Virus record (IMG/VR): IMGVR_UViG_3300042937_000071
Coordinates: 1-61,862 of that record
DNA: 61,862 nucleotides
Strand: one strand, 5' to 3'
Source: a virus
Lineage: Duplodnaviria; Caudoviricetes
In this document: one piece after another, positions 29,119 through 37,653 of the stretch
Position numbering within the stretch: position 1 is the first letter of the stretch
Layout of the letters: the number at the start of each line of letters is the position of its first letter
Notes under the pieces: model-generated
What the model was told of the DNA's origin: nothing
Seen by the model: only the letters and a program-made list of their open reading frames with translations
Database searches by the model: none
Program-made: the position numbers and the translations under genes

Positions 29119-29144
29119 GACCCCTCTTCGGAGGGGTCTTTTTT
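29119..29144 (+). terminator. Intrinsic terminator ending the late operon
   Basis: GACCCCTC-TTCG-GAGGGGTC-TTTTTT between convergent genes. Confidence 0.9.
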
Positions 29145-29379
29145 ATGCGCTTCCGGCAGTACAAAGCATCAGCATTGCGGTTTGCTGGTGGCGTTTTTCT
29201 GAGTCAGTCACGCCGTGGTCAAACCCCGTCTCATAAGCCGCGACAATGAACTTGGCGATGATGCACTCTTCGTTATGCACACCCTCATCAAAGGCTGTTG
29301 CCATCTGTCTGATGATGTGCATATCGATTTCAAAGTTGCCTTTGCTGTCCGTTTTCATGGCTTGATGAAGGACTGACAT
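29143..29379 (-). CDS. Hypothetical protein
   Basis: Tiles with the leftward operon; GAGG RBS. Confidence 0.7.
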   Translation of the reverse strand: MSVLHQAMKTDSKGNFEIDMHIIRQMATAFDEGVHNEECIIAKFIVAAYETGFDHGVTDSEKRHQQTAMLMLCTAGSA

Positions 29380-29382
29380 AGT

Positions 29383-29604
29383 TCACCTCGGTGGGTAATG
29401 TTCCAGTGTTTCGCCTACTACGCGGTTCATATCTTTCACCATTGCAACACAACGGGCGTGTTCTTGCTTGGCAATTTCAAGGCGGGCCACGGCAATTACA
29501 TTCTCGGCAAACTGGACAATGTCCACCTCGTCAGCAAGAAGCGCGTCTTTGCGTGGATGATCGCTTTGAAAAAAGATTTGTTTGATCAGTTCTTCACTCA
29601 GCAT
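29383..29604 (-). CDS. Hypothetical protein
   Basis: Tiles with the leftward operon. Confidence 0.7.
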   Translation of the reverse strand: MLSEELIKQIFFQSDHPRKDALLADEVDIVQFAENVIAVARLEIAKQEHARCVAMVKDMNRVVGETLEHYPPR

Positions 29605-29809
29605 TTTTTACTTTCCATAGTTCCCAGTTGATGATTGTGTTTCGAGAAATAACGCGCTGTGGCCCAGTGTAGGGGTTCAAGTCGCTATCAAGAAACTCTT
29701 CGACGATCATGTCCTTTTTCAAGAACAACTCGTGGCGCTCGGCCTTGAGTTTGTCGTCAAAGAGTGACCCGTCACTTGTCTTAAAGGCTTGTATTTTTTC
29801 CATGATCAT
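29594..29809 (-). CDS. Hypothetical protein
   Basis: ATGA overlap with nuclease stop; AFKTSDGSLF motif. Confidence 0.7.
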   Translation of the reverse strand: MIMEKIQAFKTSDGSLFDDKLKAERHELFLKKDMIVEEFLDSDLNPYTGPQRVISRNTIINWELWKVKNAE

Positions 29810-30564
29810 TTGTGCTGATTTTTGGTTTGCCAGAAAGTCAACAACGCATGGAACATCTGCCAGCCACGAGCAAGGTCTGCCTGATCCCATTCAATGATCT
29901 TGACGAGGCCGGGCACATTGCGTGACACAAAGATGTTTGCGCATCGGGCGTCTGGCATACCCAGCCCAACACGGTAAGCAGACAACTGCACCATATGGTC
30001 GTCGTAGGCATCGACCTTGTCCGGATCAGTAAAGTCCTTGGTCTTGATGTCCACTACGATATTTTGGGCGTGCAGGTCGCACTTACCACCAAAGCCAATC
30101 TCATGACCGAAGGCGCGTTCAGCAACCCATGCCTGATGCCCAAAATAAGCCTGTAGGGCCTCCACACAGCCCTTGACATGGTCTTGGTGCTTCTCGGCCT
30201 GTACTCCCTCGTAGAACGACTGTATCGAAGCGTGGATGTCGGTGCCAAGGTCAGCGGCGGCGCGGCCCTGTTCCTTTGAATCATCCATGATGCGGGCGAT
30301 CCACTCATCCTCCGGCTCGTCTGGGCGCCTTGGAAGAGTCAATGCCGCCAGCAGTACCTGCCGCTGGAGCCACTGGTTCAGCGCTGGTTTGGCGGCGACA
30401 TTCAGCACTGTGGTCACTGAGGGAATTAGGCCCTCCTTGCGTGCGTCACGAAGGGTCGTGTTGCGCTCCTTGCCGTTGGCCCCCACCACGGTATACCGGG
30501 GCACGCCGTCGCGGGTGTACCAGTGATTTGATTCGCTGGCGCGGGGTTCTTTTGCTGTAACCAT
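29806..30564 (-). CDS. PD-(D/E)XK exonuclease
   Basis: PSVTTVL, GTDIH, GGKCD...VVDIKT, QLSAY motifs. Confidence 0.85.
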   Translation of the reverse strand: MVTAKEPRASESNHWYTRDGVPRYTVVGANGKERNTTLRDARKEGLIPSVTTVLNVAAKPALNQWLQRQVLLAALTLPRRPDEPEDEWIARIMDDSKEQGRAAADLGTDIHASIQSFYEGVQAEKHQDHVKGCVEALQAYFGHQAWVAERAFGHEIGFGGKCDLHAQNIVVDIKTKDFTDPDKVDAYDDHMVQLSAYRVGLGMPDARCANIFVSRNVPGLVKIIEWDQADLARGWQMFHALLTFWQTKNQHK

Positions 30565-30776
30565 TACTTTCTCCTTGCTGGGCGACCGGGGCGTTTTTTA
30601 GGCGTCCCGTCTTTTTTCAGGCCATACTTGGTCTGAGGGGCTGGCGCCGCCTGTGGTTGTAGTTGGGCTTCCACCTGCATGGACAGGCCCTCGATAATTG
30701 CTGTAGTGCGCAGTTTGATTGCCGCCACGATGAATGGGTAATCGTCTGCTTGTACTTGTAGGTTTAGGTAGTTCAT
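30564..30776 (-). CDS. Small protein with basic AT-hook-like tail
   Basis: YGLKKDGTPKKRPGRP; AAGGAG RBS. Confidence 0.75.
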   Translation of the reverse strand: MNYLNLQVQADDYPFIVAAIKLRTTAIIEGLSMQVEAQLQPQAAPAPQTKYGLKKDGTPKKRPGRPARRK

Positions 30777-30794
30777 TGCCGCTCTCCTTCTGCC

Positions 30795-30944
30795 TTAGAA
30801 GCAGGTTGTGTTGCAGTTCCCGTTGTAGCAACAGGTCGTACAGGTCACAAACTTGCCGCCGTAACTTACGGTGCTAGTGGTGCATTGGGCGTAGGCAACA
30901 GATGCAACGCCTGTAAAAAACAATCCAAGTAGTACTTTTTTCAT
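30795..30944 (-). CDS. Secreted cysteine-rich miniprotein, 49 aa
   Basis: Translated by hand: MKKVLLGLFFTGVASVAYA-QCTTSTVSYGGKFVTCTTCCYNGNCNTTCF; AGGAG RBS. Confidence 0.85.
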   Translation of the reverse strand: MKKVLLGLFFTGVASVAYAQCTTSTVSYGGKFVTCTTCCYNGNCNTTCF

Positions 30945-30960
30945 GATGCTCTCCTAGTGG

Positions 30961-31611
30961 TTAAAAGGGGATGTCGTCGTCCATGTCATCAAAGCCGGAA
31001 GACTTCGATGCACTTTCGTTTTTGGCGTACTGCTGGCCCTCGCGGGCTTGCCATTCAGGTGAACCCTGAATCTTTTGCTTCAAGCCATCGCTGAAGGTGT
31101 CGAACATGGTCATGTCCGGTTCGTCGATGGAGAAAATGCTGGGTTTGTTATGTCCCTCGGGAAGGCCAGCCTTCTTGACCTGCGGGGGCACCTGCATGAT
31201 TGCGGCAATATTGGTGTACTCCTTGCCGTTGTTGCCAGTGGACTTGATGACCGAAATCATTGCCCACGCGCCCAGCACATTTTTGAGTTCAAAGCCACGG
31301 AGTTCTTCCGCAGTGAATTCCCGTCCGCGCCAAGTCTGCAAGTCCTTGCGCAGTGTGGCTTTCTCGGCCAGCGACAGCGTGAAGTTTTTGCTGATGGTCA
31401 TGGGTTCGTTTTTGGCCGTGACGATCTGCTTTCCGTTTTCGTCTTCGCCATGCACCTCGAATTGCAACATCACCTTTGGCAGGTGCTTGACGGTTCCAAG
31501 GTATTCGGACTTTTGGGTTCCAAGGTCGACCACGCGATAGCATCTCGCAAGGTGCATTCCGGGTGGTACGGGGGTGAAGTTGCCTTCGCCTTCTTTCGCT
31601 ATTAAAGCCAT
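30961..31611 (-). CDS. Putative ssDNA-binding/recombination protein
   Basis: SSB-like acidic tail FDDMDDDIPF; near the exonuclease. Confidence 0.7.
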   Translation of the reverse strand: MALIAKEGEGNFTPVPPGMHLARCYRVVDLGTQKSEYLGTVKHLPKVMLQFEVHGEDENGKQIVTAKNEPMTISKNFTLSLAEKATLRKDLQTWRGREFTAEELRGFELKNVLGAWAMISVIKSTGNNGKEYTNIAAIMQVPPQVKKAGLPEGHNKPSIFSIDEPDMTMFDTFSDGLKQKIQGSPEWQAREGQQYAKNESASKSSGFDDMDDDIPF

Positions 31612-31787
31612 TATTCGCTCCTAGAGGTTTCAAGTTGAGATTGACGACTAGACACGCCGCATTCATAGCGGATCGTGGCCCAGTCATCGGGGGTAGCAAC
31701 GCCAGCCTCAGCCCGGTCAAGGGCCTGCTCTAGCATTTGCATTCTTTCAAGCATTGCTTGGTGAAATTCTGCTTCTCTGTCGTCCAT
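31611..31787 (-). CDS. Small hypothetical protein, 58 aa (MDDREAEFHQAMLE...)
   Basis: Translated by hand; first gene of the leftward operon; TAATG coupling. Confidence 0.7.
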   Translation of the reverse strand: MDDREAEFHQAMLERMQMLEQALDRAEAGVATPDDWATIRYECGVSSRQSQLETSRSE

Positions 31788-31815
31788 AGTTCGCTTTCAG
31801 GTTAAACACAGGCTG

Positions 31816-31877
31816 ACTGTACCATGTTTAACTTTAAGATACAACCCCCTTGACAAGGAATTTTTGTAGTGTATGAT
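31816..31877. promoter_or_regulatory. Divergent sigma70 promoters
   Basis: Leftward TTGTAT-N17-TACAGT (31844-31816); rightward TTGACA-N16-TATGAT (31850-31877); TTAAAC half-sites nearby. Confidence 0.7.
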
Positions 31878-31904
31878 CACCTTAAACCAACCCAAGGAGA
31901 GTGT

Positions 31905-32114
31905 ATGACCCTAGAAGAGTATTTTGCAGACAAACCGAGAGGAGCCAAGGTCGCTCTCGCGAACAAGTTGGGGGTGTCCAAAACATGGATGTCCCTGCTT
32001 GTAAGCGGGCGCGAACAGCCTAGTGCTGGCCTTGCTCTCATGATCGAAAAATTCACCAAAGGAGCCGTTACGCGCAAAACTTTGCGGCCCGATTTATTCG
32101 GAGAAATCAAGTGA
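31905..32114 (+). CDS. Cro/YdaS-like HTH regulator
   Basis: LANKLGVSKTWMS HTH, C-terminal LRPDLF; AAGGAG RBS. Confidence 0.85.
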   Translation: MTLEEYFADKPRGAKVALANKLGVSKTWMSLLVSGREQPSAGLALMIEKFTKGAVTRKTLRPDLFGEIK

Positions 32115-32746
32115 TCTGGTACAAATTTCACCTCGGTGATTACATCACCCACACACTGCACCTGTCGGATGCCGAAGACCTCGCATACCGTCGATTGCTA
32201 GACCTGTACTACATGAGCGAGAAAGCAATCCCGCTCAACACAGAGGAGGTGGCACGAAAAATTCGCCTTGATTTGGATATAACCGAATCGGTTTTGGGGG
32301 AGTTTTTTGAAAAGACCGAAACAGGGTATCGAAACAATCGTTGTGATGAAGAAATTGCAAAATATCAACATCAAGTGGCGACAAACCGATCCCTCGGAAA
32401 GCGAGGCGGCAGGCCGAAGAAAACCGAATCGGTAACCGAATCGAAACCCAACCATAACCCTAAGAAGATACAGAATAAGAATATATATACATCGTCGAAA
32501 TTCGACGAGTTCTGGTCGATATGGCCCCAAAGCAAACGCAAGGTCGGTAAAGCGGCTGTGCAGGCTAAGTGGCAAAAGCAGGGTTTGGATGAGGTTGCTG
32601 ATGTCATCGTTGCCCATGTTGAGTCGATCAAGTCATCGGAGCAATGGACAAGCGGCTTTGAGCCAGCGCCTTTGACCTACATCAACCAACGCCGTTGGGA
32701 GGATGAGTTGATGAGTGACATCCCACCCAGCCGGAGGGCCATATGA
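32111..32746 (+). CDS. Replication initiator (YdaU/DUF1376-like)
   Basis: YKFHLGDY...LAYRRLLDLYY; GKRGGRP; FDEFWSIWP...YINQRRWEDE. Confidence 0.8.
   Translation: MIWYKFHLGDYITHTLHLSDAEDLAYRRLLDLYYMSEKAIPLNTEEVARKIRLDLDITESVLGEFFEKTETGYRNNRCDEEIAKYQHQVATNRSLGKRGGRPKKTESVTESKPNHNPKKIQNKNIYTSSKFDEFWSIWPQSKRKVGKAAVQAKWQKQGLDEVADVIVAHVESIKSSEQWTSGFEPAPLTYINQRRWEDELMSDIPPSRRAI
32281..32493. other. Putative replication origin (iterons plus AT-rich tract)
   Basis: AACCGAATCG at 32281, 32422, 32434, then AT-rich 32461-32493, inside the initiator gene as in lambda. Confidence 0.65.
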
Positions 32747-33177
32747 CCCCAGTTGAGGGCATCCTGTCTCGACTCCAGAAGGTCAAGGGCAAGAACGGCT
32801 CTTGGACGGCCTGCTGTCCAGCGCACAACGACAAAGGCCCTTCGCTGGCAATCCGAGAGGCCGACGATGGTCGCGTTCTCTTGCATTGCTTTGCGGGGTG
32901 CGATGTCAACAGTGTGATTGGCGCTCTGGGCATGGACATGACAGACCTATTCCCGTCGGACAACAAGCGGCGTGACTATCCCGTCGAAGGTAAGCCAAGG
33001 CTCAAGCCAGCGTTTTATGCCAGTGACCTAATCCGCATCCTTTCGTTCGAGGCTCTGGTGGTCAGTATCTGCGCACATGACCTGCGTAAGGGCAAGGTTT
33101 TGAAGGACGAGGACTACGAGCGATTGAAAGTGGCACAACAGCGAATTGAAGAGGTAATGCACTATGCAAACATCTAA
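32743..33177 (+). CDS. Primase-type CHC2 zinc-finger protein
   Basis: CPAHND..PSL...LHCFAGC. Confidence 0.8.
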   Translation: MTPVEGILSRLQKVKGKNGSWTACCPAHNDKGPSLAIREADDGRVLLHCFAGCDVNSVIGALGMDMTDLFPSDNKRRDYPVEGKPRLKPAFYASDLIRILSFEALVVSICAHDLRKGKVLKDEDYERLKVAQQRIEEVMHYANI

Positions 33178-34168
33178 TGTCCAAGAGCGGGCAAAGGCTC
33201 TTGATGAGGCGCGGAAGGTGCGTTTGTTGAAACCTGAAGATGTCGATGTCGACAAGTACTTGCACGCGACAGACATCACAAACAAAGTCCGTGAGGTCGC
33301 GGGCCTGCTTGACGAGTTGCGAGATGAAATTTCCAACCCGACCAAAGAGGTTACGCACACCATGCCATGGCCCAAGACTGAACACGGCTTTCGTTTTCGT
33401 CCGGGTGAGGTAACGCTGTACGCAGGATCAAACGGCGGCGGCAAGTCTTTGATCACGGGCCAAATTGCATTGGGCCTGATTAAGCAAAAGCAAAAGATTT
33501 GCATCCAGTCGTTTGAGATGAAACCTAAGCGTACGCTGTATCGAATGCTCAGGCAGTTCGCTGGCGAGAACATTGAGTTCCCAAAGTTTATGTCGAAGGA
33601 AAAATATATCGGCAAGTTGCTAGATCGCTTCCACGACTATGCGGGCAACAAGATGTGGTTGTATGACCAGCAAGGCACGGTGACCACACAGCAAGTGATT
33701 GCGGTTACTCGCTACTGCGCGATGGAGTTGGGTATCGGCCATGTGTTCATCGACTCGCTCATGAAGTGCGTGCCCGGCGAGGATGACTACAACGCACAGA
33801 AGATGTTCGTTGACGAGATTACCGCTGTGGCCCGTGATCACAACATCCACATTCATTTGATACATCACATCCGCAAGTTGCAGAACGAAGAGTTGCAACC
33901 AAACAAGAATGACATCAAAGGCACGGGCGCGATTGCTGACCAAGTCGACAATGTTTTGCTTGTCTGGCGCAACAAGAAAAAAGAACACGACAAGCAGAAG
34001 AAGGGTGTGGCCGATGAGAAGTTGCCCGACACCATGCTGATGTGTGAGAAGCAACGCAATGGCGAGAGCGAGGATTGGTTTAATCTCTGGTATGACAAAG
34101 AGAGCCAGCAGTTTGTAGAAATGCCCGGCGCAGTTGCAATGCAATTTGATGCCGGAGGTTCTTTCTGA
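33164..34168 (+). CDS. SF4 (DnaB-like) replicative helicase
   Basis: Walker A GSNGGGKS, SFEM, FIDSL, IHHIRK, EKQRNG. Confidence 0.88.
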   Translation: MQTSNVQERAKALDEARKVRLLKPEDVDVDKYLHATDITNKVREVAGLLDELRDEISNPTKEVTHTMPWPKTEHGFRFRPGEVTLYAGSNGGGKSLITGQIALGLIKQKQKICIQSFEMKPKRTLYRMLRQFAGENIEFPKFMSKEKYIGKLLDRFHDYAGNKMWLYDQQGTVTTQQVIAVTRYCAMELGIGHVFIDSLMKCVPGEDDYNAQKMFVDEITAVARDHNIHIHLIHHIRKLQNEELQPNKNDIKGTGAIADQVDNVLLVWRNKKKEHDKQKKGVADEKLPDTMLMCEKQRNGESEDWFNLWYDKESQQFVEMPGAVAMQFDAGGSF

Positions 34169-34443
34169 TGCCGATCATCAAAGGGGATGTGCGTGAGTAC
34201 TACAGAAACTGGAAGGAGGGAGAGGGAGACGACGAACATCGTCACCGTTGTCTCGTTCGATGGGTTATCCAAAAACGGATTGAAGATCGCGATGGAGCGT
34301 ATCGATGGCTCAATGGTTACATTGACGACGCTGGTCGACATCACAAAGGATGGAATGACCTACATAAAGGATCACGGCTTGAACAAGATGTTCGAGATCA
34401 GTGGAGCAAAGGCAATCGTGGAACAGAAGGAGAATGGAAATGA
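34168..34443 (+). CDS. Hypothetical protein
   Basis: Coupled ORF; EHRHRCLVRW motif. Confidence 0.7.
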   Translation: MPIIKGDVREYYRNWKEGEGDDEHRHRCLVRWVIQKRIEDRDGAYRWLNGYIDDAGRHHKGWNDLHKGSRLEQDVRDQWSKGNRGTEGEWK

Positions 34444-34724
34444 GTAAAGTTGAATTGAGCGACTTCCAGCGGAAGTTTTTAGCGCAAGGCACCGGACAGA
34501 AGTTGTTTACCGAATTTGAGTTTGATCAAGCGCTGGCGCAGGCCAAGGCTGAGATCATGGCGGTAGCAATTCAAACCAGCAAGCAAGCCATCATGATTGA
34601 GCGGCAAGCGTGCGCAGAACTTGTGATTGCGCTGGCGCATGAAGAAGAAGAGGGGGAGACCTGCACTGCATTGAAAGACGCGGCTGAGGCAATTCTGAAT
34701 CGCATTCCGAGCCAGCGGCAATGA
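34440..34724 (+). CDS. Hypothetical protein
   Basis: ATGA overlaps; ERQACA motif. Confidence 0.7.
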   Translation: MSKVELSDFQRKFLAQGTGQKLFTEFEFDQALAQAKAEIMAVAIQTSKQAIMIERQACAELVIALAHEEEEGETCTALKDAAEAILNRIPSQRQ

Positions 34725-35071
34725 TTGATTTGACACTGCCATGGCCCCCAAGCGTAAACAGATACTGGCGGACATTTCAAGGCCGCATGATTATCAGCGC
34801 AGAGGGGCGCTCTTATCGCAAAGCAGTTGCGGATCAAGTGTTGATCCAGCGTGGAGCAAAACACTACGAGAAGAAGTTGCGCGTGGTAATCGAGGCATGG
34901 AGACCAGACAACCGGAGGAGAGATTTGGACAACCTGCTCAAAGCAGTGCTGGACTCATTGACCCACGCCGGGGTCTGGTCGGACGACGGAAACATAGTCG
35001 ACCTGCGCATCTACTGGGCGCCGGGGATTGCAGGAATGTTGAAAATTCACATACAGGAGGTACCCGAATGA
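34721..35071 (+). CDS. rusA: RusA-family Holliday junction resolvase
   Basis: LPWPPSVN, RRRDLDNLLKAVLDSL, DD motifs. Confidence 0.9.
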   Translation: MIDLTLPWPPSVNRYWRTFQGRMIISAEGRSYRKAVADQVLIQRGAKHYEKKLRVVIEAWRPDNRRRDLDNLLKAVLDSLTHAGVWSDDGNIVDLRIYWAPGIAGMLKIHIQEVPE

Positions 35072-35223
35072 AAGAACCAACTATGAAGCAAGTGTGGGCT
35101 GGACTCGCCATGCTGGCGTTGTTGACCCGCAGAGATTACGAGGGCGACTTTACAGATATTGCATCTGATGCATGGCGCATGGCAGACAAGATGGAACAAG
35201 AGGAGGAACAGCGTGACGAGTAA
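35068..35223 (+). CDS. Small hypothetical protein
   Basis: AGGAGG RBS; ATGA overlap. Confidence 0.65.
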   Translation: MKEPTMKQVWAGLAMLALLTRRDYEGDFTDIASDAWRMADKMEQEEEQRDE

Positions 35224-35452
35224 AGAAGCGTTTGAGTTCATCTTTGGGCAGTACGGCATCCATGATGCTGGCTACAAGATTTGGGAGGCCGCTGTGAAGT
35301 GGGAGCGTGCCGAATGTGAGGATGTAGCAAAGCGTTATGCCCAACGCAATGAAGGCATCAAAAGAGTTGCTGGCAAGTCAATCGCCAGTTCGATTAAACG
35401 CAGGACAAAAAAAGATCAATCAACCGTTGAAAAAGGAGAAGGCAATGTTTGA
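35213..35452 (+). CDS. Small hypothetical protein
   Basis: GAGG RBS, GTG start. Confidence 0.6.
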   Translation: MTSKEAFEFIFGQYGIHDAGYKIWEAAVKWERAECEDVAKRYAQRNEGIKRVAGKSIASSIKRRTKKDQSTVEKGEGNV

Positions 35453-35585
35453 ATCATTTGGAGATTTTTTCTGGTCGTTCATGGCGCTGTCCGGTGTTAT
35501 GTTCTGGGTGTGCGTTGTGATTTTTGTGATGATGGTTATTCGTCGCAATCGTCGCAAGTTTGGTTTTCGTAAAGACATTTACTAG
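35445..35585 (+). CDS. Small single-TM protein
   Basis: AAGGAG RBS; hydrophobic helix then basic tail. Confidence 0.65.
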   Translation: MFESFGDFFWSFMALSGVMFWVCVVIFVMMVIRRNRRKFGFRKDIY

Positions 35586-35593
35586 GAGCAAGC

Positions 35594-35713
35594 ATGGAGA
35601 CATTTATCAACATTGCCACGACAATATTTACATTGACTGGTGCCGTGGTGTGGTTCTTGGGCGCATTTGTTGTCACCTTCTTGTGGTTGTCACAGCGCCC
35701 ACCAAAAAATTGA
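35594..35713 (+). CDS. Small single-TM protein, 39 aa
   Basis: Translated by hand; AGGAG RBS. Confidence 0.6.
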   Translation: METFINIATTIFTLTGAVVWFLGAFVVTFLWLSQRPPKN

Positions 35714-35724
35714 AAGGATAAGTA

Positions 35725-36060
35725 ATGTCTACTGAAGACCGAGACCCACACAAGGCCGTTGACTACATCATCGTCAACGCAAAGAAGTTTGCCAAGGCGA
35801 AGGCAGAGCGCGTGTACCTTGAGGAGTATCGCAAGTCCCTCAAAGCAATACTCATGAAGCGCTCGATGGAAAACGCAATCGGTGCGCAAGAGCGTGAAGC
35901 ATACGCGCACGATGAATATGTTCAATTGCTCAATGGCTTGAAAGAGGCCATCGAGGTTGAGGAGAAACTCCGCTGGGATTTGATTGGTGCGCAGGCCCGG
36001 GTGGAGATATGGCGCACAGAGCAGGCGAATAATCGCGCTGAAGGAAAGGCGACGATATGA
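35725..36060 (+). CDS. Coiled-coil hypothetical protein
   Basis: 111 aa helical ORF with AAGGA RBS. Confidence 0.75.
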   Translation: MSTEDRDPHKAVDYIIVNAKKFAKAKAERVYLEEYRKSLKAILMKRSMENAIGAQEREAYAHDEYVQLLNGLKEAIEVEEKLRWDLIGAQARVEIWRTEQANNRAEGKATI

Positions 36061-36206
36061 ACGGCTACCAGTTGACGGTGATACATACCCTCGGCTGGGT
36101 GTTCGTTTTGTTTGACGGGTGGGAGTTGCATAGCCATTGGTTGGCAGGCATCGGGTTCATCATGATGATTGCGTCCATGTACCTCATCACCAAGAAAGGA
36201 GATTGA
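36057..36206 (+). CDS. Small two-TM protein, 49 aa
   Basis: Translated by hand; ATGA overlap. Confidence 0.55.
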   Translation: MNGYQLTVIHTLGWVFVLFDGWELHSHWLAGIGFIMMIASMYLITKKGD

Positions 36207-36208
36207 AA

Positions 36209-36451
36209 ATGGTAGCGAAAGTTGGAAGAAAAAAATTGGTTCTTGTTGCGGATATGTGCGTTGCTCCAGACAACGGTGATACCTACCGCACCCCTTGGGG
36301 CAAGGTATGGGTGCATGGGTCAGATGTTTTGACCACATGGAAAAATGTTGTTGTCAACGAGAGGACTGGCGAGAAGTGGCGCCCGCCCAGTGAGTATCGC
36401 AACGATTACTTATTCAAGATCAATCGTGATGCGGGGTACAAAAATGAATGA
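36209..36451 (+). CDS. Hypothetical protein
   Basis: AAGGAG RBS. Confidence 0.65.
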   Translation: MVAKVGRKKLVLVADMCVAPDNGDTYRTPWGKVWVHGSDVLTTWKNVVVNERTGEKWRPPSEYRNDYLFKINRDAGYKNE

Positions 36452-36698
36452 GACTGAACGCGAGATTGATTTGGCCCTTGGCAACGCCTTGATGGAGATT
36501 CGCCAGTTGCGCGAGTTGCTAGAGCGAGAGCGGGCGCGGGCACATCCCCAAGTTGAAATCAAAAGCATGGAAGACGCCTTTAACGATTGGGGCCACAGCG
36601 CCGACCCAATTCAGCATCACGCAGAGCGCAGGGCGTTTTCTGCTGGCTGGGCGGCTGGCGTTCGAAACCAGTGGGCCAAAGAGCGTGAGTGCGACTAA
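36444..36698 (+). CDS. Hypothetical protein
   Basis: Tiles with neighbours. Confidence 0.6.
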   Translation: MNETEREIDLALGNALMEIRQLRELLERERARAHPQVEIKSMEDAFNDWGHSADPIQHHAERRAFSAGWAAGVRNQWAKERECD

Positions 36699-36984
36699 AG
36701 CCGAAAAGAAGTACATGAGCCGGGTGGCCGACCTTGGCTGTGCCGTATGCCGCCGCATGGGGTATCCCGGCACCCCGGCAGAACTACACCATCCAAGGGC
36801 CGGAACGGGGGCCGGGAGACGCGCAAGCCACATGGATGTCATCCCACTATGCCCAGAGCATCATCGCGGCTCTACGGGCCTACATGGCCTCGGGACTAAG
36901 GGGTTCCCTAAGAAATGGGGGTTCGATGAGGCTGACCTGCTGGCCGACACCCGTCTTTTGCTGAATCAGGACATCCTAGGGTAA
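36685..36984 (+). CDS. Ref-like HNH nuclease
   Basis: CAVC, ELHH, IPLCPEHH, GLH motifs. Confidence 0.8.
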   Translation: MSATKAEKKYMSRVADLGCAVCRRMGYPGTPAELHHPRAGTGAGRRASHMDVIPLCPEHHRGSTGLHGLGTKGFPKKWGFDEADLLADTRLLLNQDILG

Positions 36985-37098
36985 ATCCCTAGAAAATATT
37001 TTGCAAAAAGGTGTTGACATGGTTTAAGTCTGGGTTATACTAACACCACTGACCAAGCAATTCCGCCGTCAGGTAACAACGAAAGCGAGTTAAACATG
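36976..37098 (+). promoter_or_regulatory. Early promoter cassette 1
   Basis: TAGGG-N5-CCCTA; TTGACA(37014)-N16-TATACT; GTTTAA-N7-TTATAC; leader hairpin; GAAAGCGA. Confidence 0.8.
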
Positions 37099-37383
37099 AA
37101 CACAATCACTACCACCCAAGTCGACACCCTCGGCCAACTCCTCGCTCAGATCGCTGATCTGACCAAGCAGGCTGATGCCATCAAGGATCAGTTCAAAGAC
37201 GACGCCTCAGCAGGCGGCGCCAAGGCAGTCGAAGGCGACTTGTTCAAAGCCACCTACATCGAGTCCAACCGCTCTACGGTTGACTACAAAGCCCTCTGCG
37301 CCGCTCTTGGCATCACTGCTGAACAGATCGCTGAGTACACCAAGACCACCGCTGTGTTCAGCGTCAAAGTAACCAGCCGTTAA
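37096..37383 (+). CDS. Hypothetical early protein
   Basis: Strong codon bias; follows promoter cassette. Confidence 0.8.
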   Translation: MNTITTTQVDTLGQLLAQIADLTKQADAIKDQFKDDASAGGAKAVEGDLFKATYIESNRSTVDYKALCAALGITAEQIAEYTKTTAVFSVKVTSR

Positions 37384-37396
37384 TCAAGGGGCCACC

Positions 37397-37615
37397 ATGA
37401 AATACAAACTCAATGTGGCCCGCGATGTCGACACCGACGAACCCGGTGTCTTCATCCTGAATCTGCCCGGTGGCTGGAAGTTCACGCACGACCCAATGGC
37501 CCTGTGTCATACCTACGCATACGATTCGATGAGCGAGTTGCGTGCGGACATCAAGTACTCGGTCGAGCCATGCGACTGTGCCGAGTGCAAGCGAATGACT
37601 GCTGAAGGCAAATAA
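37397..37615 (+). CDS. Hypothetical protein with CxCxxC
   Basis: 72 aa ORF followed by terminator. Confidence 0.7.
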   Translation: MKYKLNVARDVDTDEPGVFILNLPGGWKFTHDPMALCHTYAYDSMSELRADIKYSVEPCDCAECKRMTAEGK

Positions 37616-37618
37616 CCC

Positions 37619-37641
37619 GGGGGCTTCGGCCCCCTTTTTTT
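37619..37641 (+). terminator. Intrinsic terminator
   Basis: GGGGGC-TTCG-GCCCC with T7. Confidence 0.85.
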
Positions 37642-37653
37642 GATGGAGTTTTT

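Noticed and set aside
34741-35067. Upstream extension of the 160-aa ORF overlapping rusA
   Set aside because: The likely start is ATG 35068 with an AGGAGG RBS; the extension lies wholly inside rusA
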